Assembly: GCA_965262615.1 (NCBI GenBank)
Contig: OZ253545.1
Span: 160,001-224,000, forward strand
DNA: 64,000 bases
Direction of reading: 5' to 3'
DNA from: Alphaproteobacteria bacterium
Lineage (GTDB): Bacteria; Pseudomonadota; Alphaproteobacteria; GM7ARS4; G965262615
The translations under genes and the position numbers were made by a program. Positions 19,871 to 29,442 of the stretch are shown piece after piece. The notes under the pieces were generated by a model. The model did not search any database. It saw only the letters and a list, made by a program, of their open reading frames with translations, and was not told the DNA's origin. Each line of letters begins with the position of its first letter. The first letter of the stretch is position 1.

Positions 19871-19980
19871 GCGAGAGGATTTTTCTCCTTGTTTTACCTC
19901 TCGCAAGGCACGCACCCCGCCTGCTCTCCCCTGTGTTGCAGAGCCTTTATAAAGGCGAGAGAGCAAAGGGGTGCAACACA
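19871..19980. other. Multi-hairpin structured element
   Basis: GCGAGAGG/CCTCTCGC, GCACCCC/GGGGTGC, TGCTCTC/GAGAGCA, palindrome GCCTTTATAAAGGC and TGTGTTGCA/TGCAACACA. Confidence 0.6.
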
Positions 19981-20042
19981 CTGTTTCAAAGGGATAGCAA
20001 TAGTCTTGCGGCGATGGCGGCTTTTCTCATATAATGGATTCC

Positions 20043-20435
20043 ATGATGCGAGATGAGGTCAACAGCGACACTGGGCAAGACACCGTCATTGATGCACCCT
20101 TGCATGTGCTGGGTTACACTGATGAGGACGGTCTGTGGTGGGCACACGCGCTGGAGGTGGATTTGTTGGGACACGGCGATACTTTTGCCGAGGCTCTGCA
20201 GTGCCTCAAGGGTGTGCTCCAAGCCCACTTTGAATATGTCCATGTCAAAGGCATGGAAGATGCTTTGGCTCACCGAGCCGAGGCAAAGTATTGGCGGATG
20301 TTTTACAATGCCAGCAAGCCACGCATTATTGTGCAAGGGGAAAAAATCAAAGACCCGACATATCATGCGGTGGCTATTTCGCAACCCACCATTGACCCCA
20401 ACGAGGAAATTGTGTTTGAACCCGACCTTGATTAG
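20043..20435 (+). CDS. HicB-like antitoxin, copy 3
   Basis: Paralog; TATAAT at 20030-20035. Confidence 0.8.
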   Translation: MMRDEVNSDTGQDTVIDAPLHVLGYTDEDGLWWAHALEVDLLGHGDTFAEALQCLKGVLQAHFEYVHVKGMEDALAHRAEAKYWRMFYNASKPRIIVQGEKIKDPTYHAVAISQPTIDPNEEIVFEPDLD

Positions 20436-20463
20436 CTTCTTTTAATTTGACGGAATTAATCTC

Positions 20464-20691
20464 ATGAAAAGAACATACCGATGGAGCGAATTGCGTAAAA
20501 TTTTGTGCAAGCACGATCGCCGATTTGAATTTGACAAAGGAAGAGGGAAGGGTAGCCACCGTACCATTCGTCATCCCGATTTCAAGAAGCCCTACACCAT
20601 TCCATGCCCTCGCGGTGACAAATCAGTCATCAGCAAAATTTATCTTAATCGTATCAAAAAGCGTTTCAATTTGCCAGACGATTTGCTGTAA
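20464..20691 (+). CDS. HicA-family toxin, copy 2
   Basis: GRGKGSH motif, 75 aa. Confidence 0.85.
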   Translation: MKRTYRWSELRKILCKHDRRFEFDKGRGKGSHRTIRHPDFKKPYTIPCPRGDKSVISKIYLNRIKKRFNLPDDLL

Positions 20692-20693
20692 GA

Positions 20694-20765
20694 ATTGAGC
20701 AGGGCGACCGTGAGAAGTTCGCCTCATTGATTGTCATCGCAAAGCGCGCCATAAGGTCATCAACA
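20694..20765 (+). pseudogene. Decayed copy of the tyrC 3' end
   Basis: ATTGAGCAGGGCGACCGTGA...CGCCTCATTGATTG...GTCATCAA matches 16941-17015. Confidence 0.85.
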
Positions 20766-20811
20766 GCAATAGTCTTGCGCGAAACGCGACTTTTCCCATA
20801 TAATGGATTCC

Positions 20812-21204
20812 ATGATGCGGGATGAAGTCAATAGCGACACCAAGCAAGACACCGTCATTGATGCGCCGTTGCATGTGCTGGGCTATACTGATGAGGACGG
20901 TCTGTGGTGGGCACACGCGCTGGAGGTGGATTTGTTGGGACACGGCGATACTTTTGCCGAGGCTCTGCAATGCCTCAAAGGTGCACTGCAAATCTATTTT
21001 GAATATGCCTATGTAGAAAAAAAGGAAGACTCTTTGGCTCACCGAGCCGAAGCAAAATATTGGCGGATGTTTTACAATGCCAGCAAGCCCCGCATTATGG
21101 TGCAAGGGAAAAAAACCCAAAATCCTGAGTATCATGCGGTGATTATTCCACAACCCACCATTGATCCCAACGAGGAAATCATTTTTGATCCCATACTTGA
21201 TTAA
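20812..21204 (+). CDS. HicB-like antitoxin, copy 4
   Basis: Paralog; TATAAT at 20799-20804. Confidence 0.8.
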   Translation: MMRDEVNSDTKQDTVIDAPLHVLGYTDEDGLWWAHALEVDLLGHGDTFAEALQCLKGALQIYFEYAYVEKKEDSLAHRAEAKYWRMFYNASKPRIMVQGKKTQNPEYHAVIIPQPTIDPNEEIIFDPILD

Positions 21205-21223
21205 TTTGTTGGGAATTAATCTC

Positions 21224-21460
21224 ATGAAAAAAACATACCGATGGAGCGAATTGCGTAAAATCCTACGCAAATACGATTCCCGTTTTGAATTTAGTAACAG
21301 AAGAGGCAAGGGCAGCCACGCCTATATTAGTCATCCCGACATCAATGGCAAAAAGAAGAGATACGCCATTCCGTGTCCTCGCGGGGACAAATCAGTCATC
21401 AGCAAAGTGTACCTTAATCGTATCAAAAAGCGTTTCAATTTACCAGATGATTTGCTATAA
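21224..21460 (+). CDS. HicA-family toxin, copy 3
   Basis: RRGKGSH motif; ATG equivalent to the other copies. Confidence 0.85.
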   Translation: MKKTYRWSELRKILRKYDSRFEFSNRRGKGSHAYISHPDINGKKKRYAIPCPRGDKSVISKVYLNRIKKRFNLPDDLL

Positions 21461-21470
21461 GGATGGCGTT

Positions 21471-21746
21471 ATGAAAAAAGACATTCATCCCGCCTATCAC
21501 ACCATCACGGTGCAGATGACCGATGGCACATCTTTTGCCACGCGCTCCACCTGGGGCAAGGAAGGCGACACCCTGAAGCTGGAGGTGGATCGCCTCAGCC
21601 ATCCGGCATGGACGCAAGGCTCACGCAAACTGGTGGACAGTGGCGGACGAGTCGCCCGCTTTAAGCAACGCTTCAAAGGCATCGGCTCACTGGATGAATC
21701 CGCCAGTGATGCCAAACAAAACGCCAAAAAAGAACCCAAAAAGTGA
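21471..21746 (+). CDS. rpmE: 50S ribosomal protein L31
   Basis: [15 protein letters not shown] and GRVARF. Confidence 0.96.
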   Translation: MKKDIHPAYHTITVQMTDGTSFATRSTWGKEGDTLKLEVDRLSHPAWTQGSRKLVDSGGRVARFKQRFKGIGSLDESASDAKQNAKKEPKK

Positions 21747-22747
21747 CCGCCCCGCCGCAAGTCTGTGATGCCATCCTCGTGCAAGGGGACGGCGCAACGC
21801 CCCATTGCCTCACGATTGGCAGCATTCCGTGTCCGCAGCCGCAAGAGGGCGAGGTGCTGATTAGAGTGGCGGCGGCGGGAGTCAATGGCGCAGACATTTT
21901 ACAGCGGCAAGGGCTCTATCCCCCGCCGCCCCATGCCAGTGACATCATGGGGCTGGAGGCAGCAGGAACGGTGGCGGCTCTTGGTGACGGCGTCACATCC
22001 CTCACGGTGGGAAGCCGCGTCTGTGCCATTCTCACGGGCGGAGGCTATGCCGCCTATTGCACCGCGCCCGCCGTGCAGTGTCTGCCCATCCCTCAAGGCT
22101 GGAGTGATGCGGAAGCCGCCTGCATCCCCGAGACTTTCTTTACCGCTTGGTCTAACCTCATTGATCGCGCCCACCTCACAGAGGGCAAATCGGTGCTCAT
22201 TCACGGCGGTGCAGGCGGCGTGGGAACGGCTGCCATTCAAATCGCTCGTGCCATCAAAGCTGGCACCATCATCGCCACCGCACGAGGTGACGAAAAGTGT
22301 CAATTTTGTCGCCAGCTGGGGGCTCATCACGCCATTGATTATGAACAACATGACTTTGTCGCCGCCGTCAAAGACATCATGCAGGGCGCGGGCGTGGATG
22401 TCATTCTTGATATCGTGGGCGGCGATTATGTGGCGCGCAACATCCGCTGCCTTGCCAAAGACGGCACACTGGTGCACATCGCCTTTCGCAAAGGCTCTGA
22501 AGTGACCCTCAACCTCATGCCCATGATGCTCAAACGCCTGACGCTCACGGGTTCTACCTTGCGTATTCGCCCCCCGTCATTCAAGGGGGCGATTGCCGCC
22601 GCGGTGCAAAAGAACTTGTGGCATCATTTGGAGGCGCGCGCCATTAATCCGTGTTTGGATGTGACCTTTCCTTTGGCTGAGGCGGGACACGCTCATGAGC
22701 GGATGGAAAAAAGTTTGCATAAAGGCAAAATAATCCTTACTCTTTAG
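21743..22747 (+). CDS. NAD(P)H-quinone oxidoreductase, PIG3 family
   Basis: [30 protein letters not shown] and GSTLR. Confidence 0.92.
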   Translation: MTAPPQVCDAILVQGDGATPHCLTIGSIPCPQPQEGEVLIRVAAAGVNGADILQRQGLYPPPPHASDIMGLEAAGTVAALGDGVTSLTVGSRVCAILTGGGYAAYCTAPAVQCLPIPQGWSDAEAACIPETFFTAWSNLIDRAHLTEGKSVLIHGGAGGVGTAAIQIARAIKAGTIIATARGDEKCQFCRQLGAHHAIDYEQHDFVAAVKDIMQGAGVDVILDIVGGDYVARNIRCLAKDGTLVHIAFRKGSEVTLNLMPMMLKRLTLTGSTLRIRPPSFKGAIAAAVQKNLWHHLEARAINPCLDVTFPLAEAGHAHERMEKSLHKGKIILTL

Positions 22748-22776
22748 TCAAGGGACAAATCTAATGGAGACTTTTC

Positions 22777-23343
22777 ATGGTTCAACCCCTCATGCCTCAA
22801 GCCACCGCCGTCTGGCTCATTGACAACAGCGCACTGACTTTCAAACAAATTGCCGATTTTGTCGGCATGCACGAGCTGGAAATTCAAGCCATTGCCGATG
22901 GCGAGATTCACGCCCACATTGTGCCTGCCAATCCCATTGAGCAAAAACAGCTCACCGCCGATGAAATCACTCGCTGCGAGGCGGATGCCTCCGCCTCGCT
23001 CGCCTTGCGAGAAGAAGCCAAGCAAGCATTGTCGGCGAAAAAACAGGGACGCTACACGCCCATTTCCCGCCGCCGTGATAAAATCAATGCCATTGCGTGG
23101 CTCATTCAGTTTCAAAAAGATCTCAGTGATGGTGATATTTGTGAAATCGTGCAGACCACTCGTGTCACCATCAAGTCGGTGCGGGATGGCTCGCACTGGG
23201 ATCATGACAACATTGAGGCGCGTCATCCCGTTGAAGTGGGATTGGTCAGTCGCGCCCAGTATGATGCCTTTTTGCATGGACGCGCCGCCAATCCAACAAG
23301 GCGCGGCAGAAAGAAAAAAGAAGTCACCGTGACGGAAGAATAA
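22777..23343 (+). CDS. DUF1013 / TrcR-family regulator
   Basis: PLMP.ATAVWLIDN.ALTF.QIADF..MHELEI alphaproteobacterial signature. Confidence 0.88.
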   Translation: MVQPLMPQATAVWLIDNSALTFKQIADFVGMHELEIQAIADGEIHAHIVPANPIEQKQLTADEITRCEADASASLALREEAKQALSAKKQGRYTPISRRRDKINAIAWLIQFQKDLSDGDICEIVQTTRVTIKSVRDGSHWDHDNIEARHPVEVGLVSRAQYDAFLHGRAANPTRRGRKKKEVTVTEE

Positions 23344-23576
23344 TGAGCATTTTTGAAGGATTCGTGATTTACATCGTGCTGTGGTGGGTGATTTTCTTCA
23401 TGACACTGCCCCTGCGCTTTGAGTCGCAATCGCGTCCGCAAAAGGGACACGCCGAGAGCGCACCCACCAATCCTCGCATCGGCTTTAAGATGGCACTCAC
23501 ATCCGCCATCGCGTTGATTGTGTGGCTGGTGGTGTATGCCGTCATTGAGGCGGATGTGTATTCCTTTTATGAATGA
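23343..23576 (+). CDS. DUF1467-family membrane protein
   Basis: IY.VLWW..FFM.LP...G.AESAP.NPR, two TM segments. Confidence 0.8.
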   Translation: MSIFEGFVIYIVLWWVIFFMTLPLRFESQSRPQKGHAESAPTNPRIGFKMALTSAIALIVWLVVYAVIEADVYSFYE

Positions 23577-24153
23577 TTATTGCGACCGCGCCTTTGACCA
23601 TCCATTGCACCGTCAATGCCATGATGAGTCCTACGGCTTTCCCGTGAGCGATGACCGCGTGTTGTATGGGCGATTGTTGTTTGAGATTTTTCAGGCGGGG
23701 CTTAACTGGCTGCTGATTTTACAAAAAGCCGAAGCTCTGCAGCGCGCCTTTGCCGATTTTGATTACGACACGGTGGCTCAGTGGGGCGACACACAACACG
23801 CCCAATTGATGACCAACAAAGACATCATTCGCAATCGCCGCAAAATTCAGGCGGCGATGGATAATGCCCGCAGCGTGGTGGCGTTGCGCGCTGAGTGGGG
23901 GTCTTTTAAGAACTGGCTGGATGCCCATCACCCGCAAGATTTGGATGATTGGGTGGTGTTGTTTCGCCAGAATTTTGTCATGACAGGGCAGATTGTGGTG
24001 CATGAATTTTTGATGAGCACCGGATACCTCAAGGGCGCGCATCGCGATGACTGCCCCATTCAGAAAAAAATCATTACCCTCAACCCGCCGTGGCTACAGG
24101 CAGAAGCATCGTCTCTTGACACGCCTACCAAAAAAAGTAAATTCGCCCAATGA
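23569..24153 (+). CDS. tag: DNA-3-methyladenine glycosylase I
   Basis: HD.SYG.P, FQAGLNW, IIRNRRKI, FLMSTG and H..DC. Confidence 0.92.
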   Translation: MNDYCDRAFDHPLHRQCHDESYGFPVSDDRVLYGRLLFEIFQAGLNWLLILQKAEALQRAFADFDYDTVAQWGDTQHAQLMTNKDIIRNRRKIQAAMDNARSVVALRAEWGSFKNWLDAHHPQDLDDWVVLFRQNFVMTGQIVVHEFLMSTGYLKGAHRDDCPIQKKIITLNPPWLQAEASSLDTPTKKSKFAQ

Positions 24154-25301
24154 ATAAAAAGGATTACAAAATCTTCGAGGGCGTAAACATCAAGGGGATA
24201 GCTGGTCTTCACGGCGATCTGAAAGATGGGAATCCTGCTCAGGAAAAATTACGCGATTATTTAGCTGGCTGTAATATTGAAACATTAAAAAGGCACGCTG
24301 AAGAGTGTCTTGAAGAGAAATTTGATGGATGCGGTTTTGTTCTGCAAGACATTGTCAACACACTGGCAAAACGCCTTGATTTAGAGGTAGTGCATGGTCG
24401 CTATAACCGTGCATCAAAAAAAGAAAACAACGGCTTTGATGGAATGTGGAAAACACACGACCATGATTTTGTGGTGGAAGTCAAAAAAGTAGACGACTTC
24501 AGCATGAACTTGGAAAACTTTGTTAAATACAGAGACCAGCTTTTACAAGAAGGAAGGATAGACAGTAAAAATCATTCGTTTCTATTAGTCGTGGGAGATA
24601 TGAAAAAAGGAGCTTTTGTAGCACAAGTCAAAGGAGACCTGAAAAGAGCTGGTGACACACGCATCATCACTGTGGAATCTTTGATTCAATTGGTGGAATT
24701 GAAAATGAAAGAGCTGCCTGGGCTTAATCCAGATTATTTTTGCGAAATTCTGAAACCTATTGACTACACTCGCGTGGATGGTCTTGTCACATTGCTGGAT
24801 AACATTGTATCCGATACAGCTGAGGCAGAAGAAGATAACATCCAAGAAATGGAACAAAACAAACAAAAAACAAAAAGTCATCGCCAAACAAACGATGACC
24901 ATCACAATAAAATTTTTACAACGATAGAAACAAAAACGGGCGGAAATCTTGAGAAAAAAGGAAGAGCTCGTTTTGAAAATTCTAAAACGGGAGAGCTCTT
25001 TTTCATTTTGTTTTCAAGAGAATACGAACATAAAAAAAATGCTCGTTATTGGTATGCATACGACCCTTCCCAAGAAGGTAACTTTTTGGCTCTTTGCACA
25101 AAAGAGCCAAGGGATTGGTTTTACCTAATCCCAACAGAAACAATTAAAGGTTTAATCAATGAAGGTAAGCTATCTCTTACAGACAAAAAGAAACTTTGTA
25201 ATATCCATATTGAGATTAGTAACGGACAATCAAAGATGAGGCTCAAAAAAGGTCACGGCGAGGAAGACATAGAACAGTATAAGGTTTCTCTGGTTTCGTG
25301 A
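24150..25301 (+). CDS. Orphan PD-(D/E)XK restriction-endonuclease-like protein
   Basis: GFDGMW...FVVEVKK catalytic-like motif; clearly AT-rich relative to flanks. Confidence 0.6.
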   Translation: MNKKDYKIFEGVNIKGIAGLHGDLKDGNPAQEKLRDYLAGCNIETLKRHAEECLEEKFDGCGFVLQDIVNTLAKRLDLEVVHGRYNRASKKENNGFDGMWKTHDHDFVVEVKKVDDFSMNLENFVKYRDQLLQEGRIDSKNHSFLLVVGDMKKGAFVAQVKGDLKRAGDTRIITVESLIQLVELKMKELPGLNPDYFCEILKPIDYTRVDGLVTLLDNIVSDTAEAEEDNIQEMEQNKQKTKSHRQTNDDHHNKIFTTIETKTGGNLEKKGRARFENSKTGELFFILFSREYEHKKNARYWYAYDPSQEGNFLALCTKEPRDWFYLIPTETIKGLINEGKLSLTDKKKLCNIHIEISNGQSKMRLKKGHGEEDIEQYKVSLVS

Positions 25302-25364
25302 GTCAAAACAATCCCTTGATTACTCCTCGCAATCATGCCATATTATTGGTCAAGGAGAGATGCC

Positions 25365-25604
25365 ATGCAGGAAAATCAAGGAAAGGTCACCATGCTGGAA
25401 ATTTCCAATCGGTTGGGAATTTTGGAACAAAAATCCGATGATTTTGGTCGCGCCATTGTCTCATTAGAGGAGCGAATCAAACAGACAGCCACAAAAGAAG
25501 ACCTTGCCCAATTGGAGGCGCGCATCTGGCGCACACTGTGGCAACAAAATGTGTTTCTGGTGGTGACCATCGGCGCGACGCTTATTGGTCTTTCTTCTTT
25601 TTAG
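25365..25604 (+). CDS. Small coiled-coil protein with C-terminal TM anchor (DUF1640/CCDC90-like)
   Basis: AAGGAG RBS, ATKEDL motif, hydrophobic C-terminus. Confidence 0.6.
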   Translation: MQENQGKVTMLEISNRLGILEQKSDDFGRAIVSLEERIKQTATKEDLAQLEARIWRTLWQQNVFLVVTIGATLIGLSSF

Positions 25605-25625
25605 TCGCCATGCCTTTTTGCTCAG

Positions 25626-26921
25626 ATGAAACTGAGCCGTTACTTTCTTCCCACTTTGCGTGAGCAACCCGCCGATGCGGTGATGGTGTCGCATCGGCTC
25701 ATGCTGCGGGCGGGGCTCATTACTCAAGAGACGGCAGGCATTTATTCGTGGTTGCCGTTGGGTTTGCGGGTGCTGCAAAAAATAGAAGCCCTGATTCGCC
25801 GTCAGCACGAGTCCTTTGGCATCACCGAGTTGCTCATGCCCACCCTGCAGCCCAGCGAGCTGTGGCAAGAGTCTGGACGCTACGACAACTACGGCGAGGA
25901 AATGCTGCGAATCACCGACCGCCACCAACGAACGCTGATTTATGGCCCCACCAATGAAGAAATGATCACCGCCATCGCCAAACGCTTCATCACCAGCTAC
26001 AAACAATTACCGCAATTGCTGTATCATATTCAGTGGAAGTTTCGTGATGAAATTCGCCCCCGTTTTGGCGTGATGCGGGGCAGAGAGTTTCTCATGAAAG
26101 ATGCCTATTCCTTCGCCCTCACCCAAGACCAAGCCACAGAACAGTACGAGACCATGCTGTGCTGTTACCTTGCGATTTTTGCCGCAATGGGACTCAAAGC
26201 CATCCCTGCTCAAGCACCCAGTGGCCCCATCGGCGGCACGATGAGTCACGAATTTCATATTTTGGCGAAAAGTGGGGAATCCACCCTGTTCTACGATAGA
26301 GAACACGATAAACTAACCCCCGATGATGACCCCAAACGCCACCTCACCCTCTATGCGTGCGAGGAAGAACTGCACGATGACACAAACGCCCCGAGCGAGA
26401 ACATCATCAAAAAACGCGCCATTGAGGCGGGGCATATTTTCTATTTTGGTGACCAATACAGCCGCGCCATGAATTTCACCATCACCACGCACGATGGCAA
26501 CACAATGCATCCGTTGATGGGCTCGTACGGCATCGGCATCTCTCGCCTTGTTGCCGCCTCCATTGAAGCCAGTCATGACGCAAACGGCATCATTTGGCAT
26601 CCCACCATCGCTCCCTTCACGGTGGCACTCATCAATGTGAAGCAAGGCGATGCACAATGCGATGAGCTCAGTGATGCCATCTATCAAAACCTACAAAGCT
26701 TAAAAAATCGTGCCATTGACACCCTCTATGATGACCGAGCGATGCGCGCTGGCGTCAAATTCGCGGATATGGATCTCATCGGCATCCCCCTTCGCATCAT
26801 CGTGGGGCCTCGCCATGCTCAAGAAAACAGCGTGGAGGTTAAATGGCGCGCGAGTGGCAAAACCGCCATCTGCCCGGTGGCATCTCTTGGAGATTATCTC
26901 AATGAGCATCTCTCTTGTTGA
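25626..26921 (+). CDS. proS: Proline--tRNA ligase (short alphaproteobacterial type)
   Basis: SHRLMLRAG, GPTNEE, FRDEIRPRFGVMRGREF and GSYGIG. Confidence 0.97.
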   Translation: MKLSRYFLPTLREQPADAVMVSHRLMLRAGLITQETAGIYSWLPLGLRVLQKIEALIRRQHESFGITELLMPTLQPSELWQESGRYDNYGEEMLRITDRHQRTLIYGPTNEEMITAIAKRFITSYKQLPQLLYHIQWKFRDEIRPRFGVMRGREFLMKDAYSFALTQDQATEQYETMLCCYLAIFAAMGLKAIPAQAPSGPIGGTMSHEFHILAKSGESTLFYDREHDKLTPDDDPKRHLTLYACEEELHDDTNAPSENIIKKRAIEAGHIFYFGDQYSRAMNFTITTHDGNTMHPLMGSYGIGISRLVAASIEASHDANGIIWHPTIAPFTVALINVKQGDAQCDELSDAIYQNLQSLKNRAIDTLYDDRAMRAGVKFADMDLIGIPLRIIVGPRHAQENSVEVKWRASGKTAICPVASLGDYLNEHLSC

Positions 26922-28146
26922 GTGGCGCATTGCGCGCCGTTATTTGTGGTCCCGCAAGAATGAGGGATTTTTATCGCTGGTGGTCACCTTTGCCATGGTG
27001 GGCATCGGGCTGGGAGTTGCCACACTGATTGTGGTGATGGCGGTGATGAACGGCTTTCGCTCCGAACTGATGACTCGTATTCTCGGCATGAACGGTCATG
27101 CCATGGTGCATATGAGTCGCGCCATTGACCCCGCCACCATGCGCACACGACTGACGCAAATGCCCATCGTGGAACAAGCCACCCCCATCATTGATGGACA
27201 AGCCATCATCAACCATCACGGACAGCATCATGGGGTGATGGTGCGCGGCATTGATTTTACCGACCTCGCAAACAACCATTTTCTCAAGGAAACATTCGCC
27301 GCGCCTCTCGTGCCTGACACCGATGCGTCATCCATCGTCATTGGGGCAACGCTGGCGACACTGCTGAATGTTAATGTGGGTGATGAGGTCACCCTTATTT
27401 CGCCGCAATCGGTCAGCACGCTGCTGGGAGGATTGCCGCGCATGAAACGCTACCGCATTGCCAACATCTTCACATCGGACATGCATCACTACGACCGCCA
27501 GCTGATTTTTATGCCCCTTGACCAAGCCACCGGATTTTTTCGCAAAAACCATGCCGACTATTTGGAATTGCGTCTGACCGACCCATTTCTGCCCGACCAA
27601 AGCAAGGGTGAGATGCGGATGCGCTTGCTGGATGTGCCGTTGGTGCGCATCACCGACTGGCGCGATCATCACGGAGCGTTGTTCTCGGCACTGGCGGTGG
27701 AAAGGCGAGTGATGTTTCTCATTTTGATGCTGATTATTTTGACCGCCGTCTTCAACATTATCACGGGACTCTCCATTCTGGTGCGAGACAAAGAGCGCGA
27801 GGTCGCCATTTTACGCACCATCGGCATGACGCGAGGTGGCATTTTGCGGATTTTTATCGTGCATGGCATGACCATCGGTGTCATTGGCACGGTGGTGGGC
27901 GGCGGCTTGGGGCTGGCATTTGCCCTGCATATTGAAACCATTCGCCAAAGTCTTGAGGCATTGTTTGGCATGCCGCTTTTTCCGCAAGAGATTTATTTTC
28001 TCTCCACGATTCCTTCAGACCCGCAAGTGGGCGAGACGGCGTTGGTGGTGGGAATGTCGTTGTTTTTTTCATTTCTTGCCAGTTATTATCCTGCGTGGCG
28101 GGCGGCATCCCTTGCGCCGGCACAGACCCTCTCCATGCACCGATGA
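26902..28146 (+). CDS. lolC: Lipoprotein-releasing ABC permease LolC/E
   Basis: IARRYL, LGVATLIVVMAVMNGF, AILRTIG and YPAWRAA. Confidence 0.92.
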   Translation: MSISLVEWRIARRYLWSRKNEGFLSLVVTFAMVGIGLGVATLIVVMAVMNGFRSELMTRILGMNGHAMVHMSRAIDPATMRTRLTQMPIVEQATPIIDGQAIINHHGQHHGVMVRGIDFTDLANNHFLKETFAAPLVPDTDASSIVIGATLATLLNVNVGDEVTLISPQSVSTLLGGLPRMKRYRIANIFTSDMHHYDRQLIFMPLDQATGFFRKNHADYLELRLTDPFLPDQSKGEMRMRLLDVPLVRITDWRDHHGALFSALAVERRVMFLILMLIILTAVFNIITGLSILVRDKEREVAILRTIGMTRGGILRIFIVHGMTIGVIGTVVGGGLGLAFALHIETIRQSLEALFGMPLFPQEIYFLSTIPSDPQVGETALVVGMSLFFSFLASYYPAWRAASLAPAQTLSMHR

Positions 28147-28841
28147 CACAGCCCCTCATCACCCTCAAGCATATTCAAAAAAGCTTTCGTCAAGGTGGCG
28201 AGAATATTCATGTGCTGCGGGACATCAATCTGTCTCTTGCCAAAGGCACAATGAACGCCCTGCTGGGGCCTTCGGGAGCGGGAAAATCCACCCTGCTGCA
28301 TATTGTGGGGCTGCTGGAATCTCCCAATCACGGCAGCATGACCATTGAGCGTCATTCTGCATTGTCTTTTGATGATGCCGCGCGCACCGCATTGCGTCGG
28401 CATTTTTTTGGATTTGTCTATCAGTATCACCATCTATTGAGCGAATTCAGCGCGCTGGAAAATGTCATGCTGCCGTCTTTGTTGAACGGAGTCTCGCACC
28501 CCACAGCTCGCAAGCGCGCCACCACCATGCTCACCCAATTGAGCTGCCAGCATCGCCTTCATCACATGCCCTCGCAGCTATCGGGAGGCGAGCAACAACG
28601 AGTGGCATTGGCGCGCGGGCTGTGTCATGAGCCCACCGTTCTGATTGCCGATGAACCAACCGGCAATCTGGATGGTGACACCGCCGCCACCGTTTTTGAT
28701 GTGCTCTTGCATCATGTCAAACGGCATCAGCTCACCGTTTTGGTTGCCACCCACAACAGAAGTTTGGCACATCAGTGCGACCATTTGTATCAATTGCAAA
28801 AAGGTCAATTGGCGCGCCTCAGCGCGAATAATACTCAATGA
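28143..28841 (+). CDS. lolD: Lipoprotein-releasing ABC ATPase
   Basis: [33 protein letters not shown] and ADEPTGNLD. Confidence 0.94.
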   Translation: MTQPLITLKHIQKSFRQGGENIHVLRDINLSLAKGTMNALLGPSGAGKSTLLHIVGLLESPNHGSMTIERHSALSFDDAARTALRRHFFGFVYQYHHLLSEFSALENVMLPSLLNGVSHPTARKRATTMLTQLSCQHRLHHMPSQLSGGEQQRVALARGLCHEPTVLIADEPTGNLDGDTAATVFDVLLHHVKRHQLTVLVATHNRSLAHQCDHLYQLQKGQLARLSANNTQ

Positions 28842-29442
28842 CGAGACTGGGCTCCATCGTCACGGCATAGGGAATTTCCTCCAGTGACTGCGGAATATGA
28901 AGGAATGTTCCTTTGAGACGGTCAAAATCCACCTGCAAATAATCGGGCACATCGCGCTCTTCGGACGACATGGCTTCCAGCACCATGGGAATCTCGCGCG
29001 ACCGCTGCCGCACCTCAATGACATCGTTGGGGCGCACCATATACGAAGGACGATCCACCTTCTTGCCATTGACGGTGACATGACCGTGATTCACCAACTG
29101 ACGCGCGGCAAACACGGTGGGCACAAATTTCATGCGATACACCACGCTGGCAAGGCGGCGTTCCAACAAGCCGATGAGGTTTTTGCCGGTGTCACCCTTC
29201 AAACGCTTGGCTTCACGATAGAGGCGTTTCATCTGTTTTTCCGACAAAGTGCCGTAGTAGCCTTTGAGTCTTTGTTTGGCTCTGAGTTGCTGTCCGTAGT
29301 CGGAGATTTTACCGCCGCGCCGCATGGGCCCGTGTTGTCCTGGCCCGTATTCGCGCCGATTGAACGGGCTTTTGGGTCGTCCCCACAGATTGACTTTGAG
29401 CCGTCTGTCTATTTTATGTTTTGCCTGAATGCGTTTGGTCAT
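28819..29442 (-). CDS. rpsD: 30S ribosomal protein S4
   Basis: PGQHG, SDYG.QL.AKQ, LE.RL and ARQLVNHGH. Confidence 0.97.
   Translation of the reverse strand: MTKRIQAKHKIDRRLKVNLWGRPKSPFNRREYGPGQHGPMRRGGKISDYGQQLRAKQRLKGYYGTLSEKQMKRLYREAKRLKGDTGKNLIGLLERRLASVVYRMKFVPTVFAARQLVNHGHVTVNGKKVDRPSYMVRPNDVIEVRQRSREIPMVLEAMSSEERDVPDYLQVDFDRLKGTFLHIPQSLEEIPYAVTMEPSLVIEYYSR

Noticed and set aside
18538-20811. ORF-track starts MDS for hicB copies 2-4
   Set aside because: That ATG overlaps the TATAAT box and is absent in copy 1
17033-21460. CRISPR array, integron or prophage explanation for the repeats
   Set aside because: The repeats are whole genes; no short repeat-spacer periodicity, integrase, cas or phage structural genes
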